Below, in pieces: positions 27,158 to 35,665 of a stretch of DNA of 64,000 bases (position 1 is its first letter; each line of letters starts with the position of its first letter). Source of the stretch: Clostridia bacterium (GTDB taxonomy: Bacteria > Bacillota > Clostridia > Christensenellales > CAG-138); assembly GCA_036652795.1 (NCBI GenBank), contig JAVVVD010000004.1, positions 46,842-110,841 of the forward strand, written 5' to 3'. The notes beneath the pieces were generated by a model. The model worked only from the letters and a program-made list of their open reading frames with translations, was not told the origin of the DNA and did not search any database. Made by a program: the position numbers and the translations under genes.

Positions 27158-28345
27158 ATGGCTATAAATTTTTGGCTGGCAAACTCATTTAATATATTCA
27201 CTATAGCAAATCATACGCAAAGCAACGCAAACGCCACCGGTGCTGTATGGGTCGGTCAAACGGCAACCTATTTTAACTATAACGTCGGTTCCAGTCTTCC
27301 GTTTTCTACTAGCGCATATATGTTCGCTTTGCAGGTGCTAGGAAGCATGAATGTAAGCGGTGGCATAAACTACTCTCAAAACAGCGGAATTGATGCATTG
27401 GGCAGCGTAGCTCTGTACACGATGCATAACAATAATAACGTACCCAACCAGCCGCTTAGCTTTGTTTATAGACCCTTCGATGTTTATGCTTATAATTATT
27501 TATATCAATCCTCCGTAGGCTGGGCAAGTCTGCCGGCAAACGGCACAGTGTTGCATGCTGGCCCAGTATTAACCCTAACGGGAACGGATCCATCTTTAAA
27601 TATTTTTTTAATAAATACCGCATCGGTAAATATAAACGCTATCTCAACTATCAACCTGGTTGTTCCGGTCAATTCCACTGTTCTTATCAGCATTACCGGC
27701 AATACCGTAGCCCTTACCAGCCTTACAACACAGTTCAACGGCACACCTATATCCCAAGCGCAGGCTGCATATGTGTTATGGAATTTCCCCGATGCCATCA
27801 CGCTTAACCTACATTCGAATATATATGGTTCGTTGCTTGCGCCCTTCGCATCTGTTGCCACAAGTGCCGGAACCATATATGGAACGCTGATGTCATACAA
27901 CCTTACCGGCCAAATAAACGCCGTGAAAAACGACTTTATGGGCACGCTCCCGGATCTTTATGATCCGTCCACCACAAATACAACTTGCAGTTTTACTACC
28001 TCAACTACCACCACCACCACCACCACGACTACAACAACCACCACTACAACCACCCATACGCACACGCACACCACTATGTCCACTACAACCGTGGCACCGC
28101 CTCCGCGGGCACAGGCGATCAATGATTTAATTGAATCCACTGCGCTTGAACAAACTGCGCTATCCCATATTTTAAATGCGGAGGGAGAGAAGCTGCAAAA
28201 AGCGCTTAAAATGGACATGAGCGCAGAGCAGCTTACTGCAATGAATAAATCTGTGATGCGTATGGCGAATGCCGTAGGTAAGTTGGAGATACTGTTGCAG
28301 GAAAAATTGGAAACGCTTGGTTGTGACAACCTATGCAATAAATGA
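27158..28345 (+). CDS. Leaderless three-part protein: choice-of-anchor-A-like beta-rich domain, poly-Thr/His-Thr stalk, and conserved C-terminal helical module
   Basis: N-terminus LANSFNIFTIANHTQSNANATGAVWVGQTA resembles the choice-of-anchor A signature (adFNvfv..d...snsd.eGrvavGg). T-run plus HTHTHT. The C-terminal roughly 75 aa are paralogous to the 25350..25637 product. Confidence 0.75.
   Translation: MAINFWLANSFNIFTIANHTQSNANATGAVWVGQTATYFNYNVGSSLPFSTSAYMFALQVLGSMNVSGGINYSQNSGIDALGSVALYTMHNNNNVPNQPLSFVYRPFDVYAYNYLYQSSVGWASLPANGTVLHAGPVLTLTGTDPSLNIFLINTASVNINAISTINLVVPVNSTVLISITGNTVALTSLTTQFNGTPISQAQAAYVLWNFPDAITLNLHSNIYGSLLAPFASVATSAGTIYGTLMSYNLTGQINAVKNDFMGTLPDLYDPSTTNTTCSFTTSTTTTTTTTTTTTTTTTTHTHTHTTMSTTTVAPPPRAQAINDLIESTALEQTALSHILNAEGEKLQKALKMDMSAEQLTAMNKSVMRMANAVGKLEILLQEKLETLGCDNLCNK
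27995..28090 (+). repeat. ACC/ACA/ACG-rich low-complexity tract encoding a poly-Thr run then HTHTHT
   Basis: Read directly: actacctcaactaccaccaccaccaccaccacgactacaacaaccaccactacaaccacccatacgcacacgcacacc. Confidence 0.9.
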
Positions 28346-28385
28346 GCATGTAGCCCATTGCTTATTGAATTATGCTGTTAAATTA

Positions 28386-28424
28386 ATACTACCGTCAGTT
28401 TTCACCGACGGTAGTATTTTGTTT
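28386..28424 (+). terminator. Intrinsic terminator (11-bp stem)
   Basis: ATACTACCGTC-loop-GACGGTAGTAT followed by TTTGTTTG. Confidence 0.8.
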
Positions 28425-28475
28425 GTAATCTGTTATTTCAAGGTATATCAAGCTTTAAGCTAGCGGCAATGGCGT

Positions 28476-29570
28476 TTATTTTTCCGTATCGTCAAATATG
28501 CAATGTGCCTTCACGTCTGCAAGGCAAGTGCGATTGCACCTGATGCAGTGCCTAATCTCCTGTTCCCGTCCGCTAAAGGCCTTATTTGGCCATTCGGGAT
28601 CTGCAACCAGCTGCCGGCCCATGGCTGCGCATTCGATTCGCCCGCATTCAAGCTGCGCTTCAATAAACCCGGGCGTAGTAAGCCCGCCCACCCCCGATAT
28701 CGGCAGAGATGTATATTTGCGCACCTCATCACAATAGCGCAAAAAGCAGCCTTCCTCTGAAAAGCACGGATGATCCTTGGGTGGAAGCGTATCGGATAGC
28801 GCCGCATAGCCGCCCAGCGTCACGTGGAAGCTGGTAACCCCCGCCTTTTCGAGTAGCGGAATAAATTCCGGCAGCTCCTCAAGCAGCACACCCGCATTGC
28901 CGTAGTGGGGGTTCTCCTGCCGAACGGCAAGCTTATAATCAATTGGAAAGTCCGCAAGCGCCTTTCGAATGGCACTAACTACCTCCACAGCAAATCCAGC
29001 ACGCTTTACGGCGCTGCCGCCATACTCGTCGGTGCGCTGATTAAAAATGGATGAGCTGAATCGACCACACAGCTTATCTCCATGCACCTGAACCATGTCG
29101 AACCCCGCGCGCTTGGCAAGCACCGCAGCCTCGCCAAATGACGCCGTTATGGCATTTATCTTCTTTTTAGTAATCAGGTTTATATATGGCGGAACCTTTC
29201 CGCTTCGCAGCAGGTTAAGTTCCTGCTTGGTGATCTTCTTGGTTAAAATATCAGGGATATATCTGAGCAGTCCCTTGGGGGTTGGCTCCGGATAATATAG
29301 CTGTGCGCTAATCTTGCATCCGTTTTCATGCGCAGCAGCTATCAGCTTTTGATAGTATGCAACCCCGTCTTTGTTGTAAATGGATGAATATTGCTTTTTT
29401 GCAACTGATACATCGCCAATGGTCATCATAGCACAGCCACCATCGGCAATCCGTTTGATTGTTTGTAAGTACTCCTCGCTTCCAAATTCCATTGACATCG
29501 GCGCAAGTACAATGCGGTTTTTCAATGTGAGGCCGCCTAATACAACCGGTGATTCGATTTTGTTGAACAT
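28476..29570 (-). CDS. Old-yellow-enzyme-family NADH:flavin oxidoreductase, short form with a C-terminal Cys cluster
   Basis: LKNRIVLAPM N-terminal signature, TIM-barrel-length core, C-terminal CIRCNRTCL...C resembling the Fe-S site of 2,4-dienoyl-CoA-reductase-like enzymes. No FAD/NAD(P) C-terminal domain. Confidence 0.75.
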   Translation of the reverse strand: MFNKIESPVVLGGLTLKNRIVLAPMSMEFGSEEYLQTIKRIADGGCAMMTIGDVSVAKKQYSSIYNKDGVAYYQKLIAAAHENGCKISAQLYYPEPTPKGLLRYIPDILTKKITKQELNLLRSGKVPPYINLITKKKINAITASFGEAAVLAKRAGFDMVQVHGDKLCGRFSSSIFNQRTDEYGGSAVKRAGFAVEVVSAIRKALADFPIDYKLAVRQENPHYGNAGVLLEELPEFIPLLEKAGVTSFHVTLGGYAALSDTLPPKDHPCFSEEGCFLRYCDEVRKYTSLPISGVGGLTTPGFIEAQLECGRIECAAMGRQLVADPEWPNKAFSGREQEIRHCIRCNRTCLADVKAHCIFDDTEK

Positions 29571-29633
29571 ACCCCTAATTTTCCCCTTCCATTCTACGAT
29601 CCTATCTAAAAGTGGATGTATATAAGGTATATG

Positions 29634-30647
29634 TTAATCATCGTCCGTAGCGCTGTCAAGCTTGTCTGCCAGTTTATCGGCAGCTTCCCTTGCGGCATCT
29701 GCTTTTGATTCTAGATCTTCCTCAAGATCCTCGCCCTCTTCGTTCTCGCCGACATCATCGGCATCATCCTTTGACGTTATATCGTCAGACTCCATCTCGG
29801 CGTCAGGCTCCAACTCGGCGTCATCCTCAACATCCTGTTCGTCGCGCTCCTCGTCATCTTCCGTAGGCGCAAACTCACCATCGCCACGGTAAATTGACAT
29901 TGCTTCATCGTCATCCATTATCCCAAGATCATCCGCAAGCTCGATCAACTCATGAATTGTAAGTTTAAGCAGCTGCTCCATATCAGGCGCACCACCATGC
30001 TCAGATATACGTTCAATTAGCGCTATGTGCCCTGCGCTCATGCCAAAGCTTAATGCGCTTTGATTAAGTCGAGGATTAAAGCTTAGGCTTTGCGAAACAA
30101 TCGTTGGGCAGCCCTGCGTGGATTGCAACATTGTCTTAAGTTTTGATGAGATAGCCTTGCTCAGCACATTTGCCTTGCTGGTAGTTACACTGCTTACAGA
30201 CAGCATAACTATACCGTCAGGGCCTGCAAAATAACCTTTTTTTGTCATTAACCCAACAATACTGCCCAATGCGTCTTCAAGCGGCATACCGCTAAACGAT
30301 ACCCCTGTTATGGTGTTTTCGCCATTGGTATCAAGGCCCTTAATGCTGACTACCTTTTCGTTTGGTCCTGATATTATACGAAAGCCTGCGTCCATGTCCA
30401 GCTCAACCATGCTGTATGAGTTAAGCGCAATGCCCATCCCTGTAAAGAGCATTACCACCGTGGCGCATGCGGCAAGCACATGGCGCATCGCAGCGGATAT
30501 GTGCCTATGGCTGCTATTTTTGATTTTTGTGCGCTGTCCTTCTAGGGGCATTATTATACATTCAGGCTGTGAATCCTTCAGCTTATCCGGTGAGGGATGC
30601 GGCAGCTGGTCAACAGCATTCTTTAGCATCGCTTCGATTTTTTTCAT
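29634..30647 (-). CDS. Anti-sigma-like single-pass membrane protein with an RsgI-type extracytoplasmic domain and an acidic tail
   Basis: ATG overlaps the sigma gene stop (ATGA). About 60-aa cytoplasmic N-terminus, one TM, and a domain paralogous to the 31337..32290 product. C-terminus is very rich in D/E. Confidence 0.65.
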   Translation of the reverse strand: MKKIEAMLKNAVDQLPHPSPDKLKDSQPECIIMPLEGQRTKIKNSSHRHISAAMRHVLAACATVVMLFTGMGIALNSYSMVELDMDAGFRIISGPNEKVVSIKGLDTNGENTITGVSFSGMPLEDALGSIVGLMTKKGYFAGPDGIVMLSVSSVTTSKANVLSKAISSKLKTMLQSTQGCPTIVSQSLSFNPRLNQSALSFGMSAGHIALIERISEHGGAPDMEQLLKLTIHELIELADDLGIMDDDEAMSIYRGDGEFAPTEDDEERDEQDVEDDAELEPDAEMESDDITSKDDADDVGENEEGEDLEEDLESKADAAREAADKLADKLDSATDDD

Positions 30648-31228
30648 ATACAAGCTCCCTCCCGTATGAGCATCTGTTTAAGCTTGGATAATGCGCGTGT
30701 GTATTTTGAAAGGACTGTGGGCAGCGCAAGTCCAAGCAGCTCTGCCGTTTCCCTGTGTTTTAGTCCGGCCACCGCATGCAGCAGCACTATCCGGCGATCC
30801 TGCTCATTTAGCGAATTTAGCACCTTCAATAGCACAAGCCGTTCCGTTGGATCATCGATACATGAAAAACGCACATCGTTTTGTGCAATATCCATCCCCA
30901 TCGCGGTGGCTGCACCTGATTTGCGCATATGATCCGCCGTAATGCTTTTTGCTATGCTAAACATCCATGCAAGAGGCTTATCCATGCCCTTGTACAGATG
31001 CGAGGAGGTGCGTATTTTAATGTAGGTATCGGATACTATATCCTGCGTTGCGTACGGATCCCTCACCATTGAGAGTACATATGAGTATATAATGCGTTCG
31101 GTCTGTGCATATAATAAAGCAAAGGCGTCCGCATCACCCTGCGCTATAAGGGCAAAAACGACGTCGTCTATATGTACATGCGTCCTATTTGACACAGCCT
31201 GTTGCTCTAGCAAAAAGAATATCATCAA
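30644..31228 (-). CDS. ECF-type sigma-70 family RNA polymerase sigma factor
   Basis: Region 2 (DAFALLYAQTERIIYSYVLSMVRDPYATQDIVSDTYIKI) and region 4 HTH (RETAELLGLALPTVLSKYTRALSKLK). Exact start uncertain. Confidence 0.85.
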   Translation of the reverse strand: MMIFFLLEQQAVSNRTHVHIDDVVFALIAQGDADAFALLYAQTERIIYSYVLSMVRDPYATQDIVSDTYIKIRTSSHLYKGMDKPLAWMFSIAKSITADHMRKSGAATAMGMDIAQNDVRFSCIDDPTERLVLLKVLNSLNEQDRRIVLLHAVAGLKHRETAELLGLALPTVLSKYTRALSKLKQMLIREGACI

Positions 31229-31336
31229 TTGCTTTTAGCCCTCCGGGTCCTTTAGCTTTAATATACCATACGTGCATTACCCCACACAATGCTATGGGGC
31301 GGGAAATACCCACCCCATATATAGCTACCTATTATA

Positions 31337-32290
31337 TTAGTCGTTATCTTCTGCGTCATCCGCACCATCAGTCTCATCTGCATCGGTATCGGCTGCATCT
31401 TTGGCACTATCGGCAAGCTCCTCAGCCTCGTCCGCCAGCTTTTCCGCTTCTTCCTCAAGCTTATCAGCTTCTTCCTTAAGTCTATCGGCTTCTTCTTCGG
31501 CCTCATCCTTTAGCCTGTCCGCTTCATCAGCAAGCCTGTCAGCCTCTTCCTCAAGCCTTTCAGCCTCTTGCTCAAGTCTATCCTCTTCTTCCTCTGCTAG
31601 GTCATCAAGCTCGTCAAGTTCATCGAGATCCTGCTCGAACATATCATTTATATCCTCTTGTGTAAGTGGCTCGGTAAGGGATTCTTCACTCAACTCATCG
31701 ATATCCACGCCCTTGGCCTTGGCAATTTCATTCAGCTCAGCTATGCTCATCTGCGTAAGCTGTGAGAGTAGCGCCTCATCGCCGCCGGCAAGGTATTCAA
31801 GCACCAGCATCTTGCCTACAGACACGCCATACTTTTCTGCCATTGCCACATCCTCTGCTGAATACTCGGCGACACGGCTGTTTATTTTTGCAGCAACGCC
31901 CACTTTGCTCAGCGATTCAGCGATGCAAGCGTTCAGCTTTTGAATATTCTCCTCAGCTGCACCGTCCTGCTTTACAGTAACAAGAACATCGCCCGTTCCG
32001 TTAATGAGATACCCATTGGCTATCAGCAGCCCTGAGATATCTTCAACAACATTTTCAAGCTCGTTGCTCGCATAGTTGTAATTCTCGAGCAGCTTCTGCG
32101 CGTCTTCATTTATTCCCGTTACGCTCACTACCCTGCCAAGCCGGTTTGTTTCGATGCTTATGCTTGGGTTTACGTCAATGGTAAAATGATGAGCTGGAGC
32201 TATTACGAATACATACGCCGATACCAATAATACCAGTACAAGCGCTATGCCCGCGATCATCAGACCGCTTTTGTTTTTGATGTTTTGCAT
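31337..32290 (-). CDS. RsgI-like single-pass membrane protein with no cytoplasmic anti-sigma domain and a hyper-acidic repeat tail
   Basis: Start at MQNIKNK (32290). TM, then DVNPSISIETNRLGRVVSVTGINEDAQKLL, a signature typical of clostridial RsgI-type proteins. Tail carries EEADRL/EEAEKL repeats. Confidence 0.65.
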   Translation of the reverse strand: MQNIKNKSGLMIAGIALVLVLLVSAYVFVIAPAHHFTIDVNPSISIETNRLGRVVSVTGINEDAQKLLENYNYASNELENVVEDISGLLIANGYLINGTGDVLVTVKQDGAAEENIQKLNACIAESLSKVGVAAKINSRVAEYSAEDVAMAEKYGVSVGKMLVLEYLAGGDEALLSQLTQMSIAELNEIAKAKGVDIDELSEESLTEPLTQEDINDMFEQDLDELDELDDLAEEEEDRLEQEAERLEEEADRLADEADRLKDEAEEEADRLKEEADKLEEEAEKLADEAEELADSAKDAADTDADETDGADDAEDND

Positions 32291-32520
32291 ATATGTTTCT
32301 CCTTTGTGTGTTATATATGTATAACCCATAAAAGCGCCATTTTATTGCATGAAAATTTTTTTCATACGACATATCTGTGTAACAACAACGTTATATATCA
32401 AAAAATCCATAATGAATTTATGCTCCTTATTTTCTGCTATTAAAAATTGTGATAGAATACGTATAAATATATAGGCGACCATTGGCCACCAAAACGAATT
32501 GTGTTTTTAGGAGGCACGCT

Positions 32521-33561
32521 ATGCAAACAATGATGGATGCGCTGGTAAAGCCAGCGCGTGAACCAGGACTTATTCTCAAGCAAGTACCAATACCCCGCCC
32601 CGGTATAGGCGAGGTTCTTATCAAGATCCATAAAACCGCTATCTGTGGCACAGATGTGCACATTTACAACTGGGATCAATGGAGTCAAAAACATATAAAT
32701 CCGCCACTTGTTGTGGGGCATGAATATGTTGGCGAGATAGCCGAGCTTGGCTCTGGCGTTACGGATTACTCTGTTGGTCAGCTTGTTTCAGGCGAAGGAC
32801 ACATAGTGTGTGGGCATTGCAGAAACTGCCGCGCAGGCAATGGGCATTGGTGCAAATATACCTATGGCGTGGGCGTTGAGCGCGAAGGTGCGTTTGCAGA
32901 GTATCTGTGCATACCCGAAACCAACGTTATATCAATTCCTGCCGGCATGAACGAGGAAATAGTATCCTTTTTCGATGCATACGGCAACGCCGCGCATACC
33001 GCTACAATGTTTGACGTGGTAGGTGAGGATGTGCTTATAACCGGTGCGGGACCCATTGGCATGATGGCCGCCGGGATATGCCGCCAGAACGGTGCTCGCC
33101 GCGTTATCGTAACGGATGTTAACGATTACCGTCTTGCGATAGCAAAAAAGATGGGCGCGCACGCCACTGTTAACCTCACCAAGCAAAGCCTTGAAACAAC
33201 CATGAAAGAACAGGACATGGTTGAAGGCTTCGACGTAGGGCTTGAAATGAGCGGTGCGGGCGCGGCCCTTAATCAAATGCTTAAATCCATGCGCAACGGC
33301 GGCAAGGTAGCCCTGCTTGGCATAGCCAAGGCAGGAACCATAATAGATTGGGACGATGTAATATTCAAGGGGCTTACGCTTCAGGGCATCTACGGCCGCA
33401 AGATGTACGAAACATGGTACAAGATGATGGCCATAATACAGGCAGGCCTTGACCTTTCGCCAATAATAACGCACCGCTACCATTACACCGATTTTGAGGC
33501 TGGCTTTGCGGCCATGAACAGCGGAGAATCCGGCAAGGTAATACTTGACTGGAGCAAATAG
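32521..33561 (+). CDS. tdh: L-threonine 3-dehydrogenase
   Basis: [45 protein letters not shown] zinc-ADH motifs. Confidence 0.92.
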   Translation: MQTMMDALVKPAREPGLILKQVPIPRPGIGEVLIKIHKTAICGTDVHIYNWDQWSQKHINPPLVVGHEYVGEIAELGSGVTDYSVGQLVSGEGHIVCGHCRNCRAGNGHWCKYTYGVGVEREGAFAEYLCIPETNVISIPAGMNEEIVSFFDAYGNAAHTATMFDVVGEDVLITGAGPIGMMAAGICRQNGARRVIVTDVNDYRLAIAKKMGAHATVNLTKQSLETTMKEQDMVEGFDVGLEMSGAGAALNQMLKSMRNGGKVALLGIAKAGTIIDWDDVIFKGLTLQGIYGRKMYETWYKMMAIIQAGLDLSPIITHRYHYTDFEAGFAAMNSGESGKVILDWSK

Positions 33562-33574
33562 TGAAGGAGCAACC

Positions 33575-34765
33575 ATGAAAACAGCATTATCAATTTTTTC
33601 ACAGCAGCTTGAGGATATACGCGCAGCAGGTACATATAAGGATGAGCGCATTATCACCACACCGCAGCGCGCCCGTATCGACACCACTAAAACGCACGGT
33701 GTGCTCAATATGTGCGCCAACAACTACCTTGGTCTTTCCAACGACCCTGATCTTATCGCCGCCGCCAAGGCTAGTTATGATGAATGGGGCTTCGGCCTTT
33801 CCTCCGTGCGCTTTATATGCGGCACACAGCAGCTGCATAAGCGCTTGGAGAGCAAGCTTGCCGAATTTCTGAGCATGGACGATGCTATACTCTATTCCTC
33901 CTGCTTTGACGCAAACGGGGGATTGTTTGAAACTCTTCTCACCGAGGAGGACGCAGTAATAAGCGACGAATTAAACCATGCCAGCATAATCGATGGTGTG
34001 CGCCTTTGCAAAGCTAAGCGCTTCCGCTATAAAAACAGCGATATGCAGGATCTGCGATTGCAGCTTATCGCGGCGGGCGACGCGCGCATAAAGCTAATCG
34101 CCACAGACGGCGTGTTTTCAATGGATGGCTTTATTGCAAACCTCAAGGGCATATGTGACCTTGCAGATGAATTCAATGCACTTGTTATGGTGGATGATTC
34201 ACACGCAGTTGGCTTTATGGGTGAAACCGGCAGGGGCACCCCCGAATACTGCGGCGTAACGGATCGTGTGGATATAATCACCGGCACGCTTGGCAAAGCG
34301 CTTGGCGGCGCATCCGGCGGATATACCGCCGCGCGCCATGAAATCGTTGACCTTTTACGCCAGCGTTCCCGCCCATACCTGTTTTCAAATACGGTTGCTC
34401 CAGCAATATGCGCCGCAAGCATCGCGGTAATAGATAAGCTGACCGCCTCCACCACCTTGCGCGATCGTGTACATGCCAATACCGCATACTTTCGTGCGGC
34501 GCTTTCAGAGCTCGGGTTCGATGTGCCTGTAAGCACACATCCGATTGTACCCGTTATGCTGTATGAAGCGAATATCGCACAGGAATTTGCCACCCGTATG
34601 CTGGAAAAGGGTGTATATGTTGTTGGCTTCTGCTATCCCGTTGTTCCACAGGGCAAGGCGCGTATACGTACGCAGGTGTCCGCCGCGCACACGAAGGAGG
34701 ATCTCGATTTTGCCGTGAACTGCTTTGCGCAGGTAAAACGTGAGATGGGGATAGGCATAAGATAA
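33575..34765 (+). CDS. kbl: Glycine C-acetyltransferase (2-amino-3-ketobutyrate CoA ligase)
   Basis: PLP-dependent family ([22 protein letters not shown] with the PLP Lys). Directly follows tdh. Confidence 0.92.
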   Translation: MKTALSIFSQQLEDIRAAGTYKDERIITTPQRARIDTTKTHGVLNMCANNYLGLSNDPDLIAAAKASYDEWGFGLSSVRFICGTQQLHKRLESKLAEFLSMDDAILYSSCFDANGGLFETLLTEEDAVISDELNHASIIDGVRLCKAKRFRYKNSDMQDLRLQLIAAGDARIKLIATDGVFSMDGFIANLKGICDLADEFNALVMVDDSHAVGFMGETGRGTPEYCGVTDRVDIITGTLGKALGGASGGYTAARHEIVDLLRQRSRPYLFSNTVAPAICAASIAVIDKLTASTTLRDRVHANTAYFRAALSELGFDVPVSTHPIVPVMLYEANIAQEFATRMLEKGVYVVGFCYPVVPQGKARIRTQVSAAHTKEDLDFAVNCFAQVKREMGIGIR

Positions 34766-34807
34766 TGATATTTGTCAAATTGTTACAAACAGGATAAAAT
34801 GTGCAAT

Positions 34808-35638
34808 ATGAAAGCATATTTTATAGCTAAACATGGCTTCACACTGGTGGAGTTAATAGTAGTGATAGCGATACTGGTTATACTTGCCGCAATATTGATA
34901 CCGCTTGTTGGCGGCTATATTGATGATGCCGAAGCAGCTGTGTGCCTAGCCAATAGGCACACGCTGATGCGCGACTATTCTGTGGCGCGGCGGCTAAACC
35001 CTGCACTTACACCGGAGAGCTATATTGCAACTTATCCTGATGCGCTCAATGCCGGCCTATGCCCATCCTCTGTTATCTATACCATATCCGAGGATAGCGA
35101 ACATCAGCTTACGGTGTTTTGCATGAAGCACAGCGACGAGCGCGAGTATGCCCCCATCGGCCTTGCGGAGATAATCAAGTCAATACGTGACAAGTGGCAA
35201 AAAATGACCGACGCACAAAAACGCGCGTTCAATTTGAAATATATGAAATCCAACAACACCATTATGCCAAGTAATGATGCTTTCCGCAGAGCTGCCAGCG
35301 AGCAGGTAGGCGGCAGTTGGCCAAAGGCGTCCACTGCGTTGGTCAGTGCCTCAAAGGATATAGCGGCGCAAAACGGTATAACCGATCGCTATAATTCGCT
35401 TTATATTCAGCCGTATATAATCCCCCAGACCGGCAAAACGGTAATCTTTGCAGTGGATAGCAGTGGCACTAATTGGAATGCAAAGATGATCTATGAGCCG
35501 GAAAGCAAGCAATGGTACCGCTATATTGGCGGTAAAACCGGATATGGGCTTGCCGCGCTTAGCTCCACATTAACCTATGATGAAGTGATGGCAGATCTTA
35601 AGGACAGTACAAAATTTAAGCCTGTCAACGCACATTGA
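34808..35638 (+). CDS. Prepilin-type N-terminal cleavage/methylation domain protein (orphan pilin or pseudopilin)
   Basis: MKAYFIAKHG/FTLVELIVVIAILVILAAIL class III signal. Confidence 0.8.
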   Translation: MKAYFIAKHGFTLVELIVVIAILVILAAILIPLVGGYIDDAEAAVCLANRHTLMRDYSVARRLNPALTPESYIATYPDALNAGLCPSSVIYTISEDSEHQLTVFCMKHSDEREYAPIGLAEIIKSIRDKWQKMTDAQKRAFNLKYMKSNNTIMPSNDAFRRAASEQVGGSWPKASTALVSASKDIAAQNGITDRYNSLYIQPYIIPQTGKTVIFAVDSSGTNWNAKMIYEPESKQWYRYIGGKTGYGLAALSSTLTYDEVMADLKDSTKFKPVNAH

Positions 35639-35665
35639 CAGGCTTAAATCAAAAGTACAATTATT

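Noticed and set aside
26965-27201. N-terminal extension of the glycosyltransferase ORF
   Set aside because: It would overlap the start of the divergent 27158 gene and adds a hydrophobic non-GT segment. The internal ATG at 26964 has an AAGGA RBS and gives a typical GT4 N-terminus. The exact start is still uncertain (26952-27042 possible).
27958-28338. 126-aa minus-strand ORF containing a poly-Val run
   Set aside because: It is a mirror image of the poly-Thr tract (ACC read antisense as GGT/GTG/GTT) and therefore an artefact.
32932-33723. 263-aa minus-strand ORF
   Set aside because: It is antisense to tdh and the kbl start, both of which are unambiguous.
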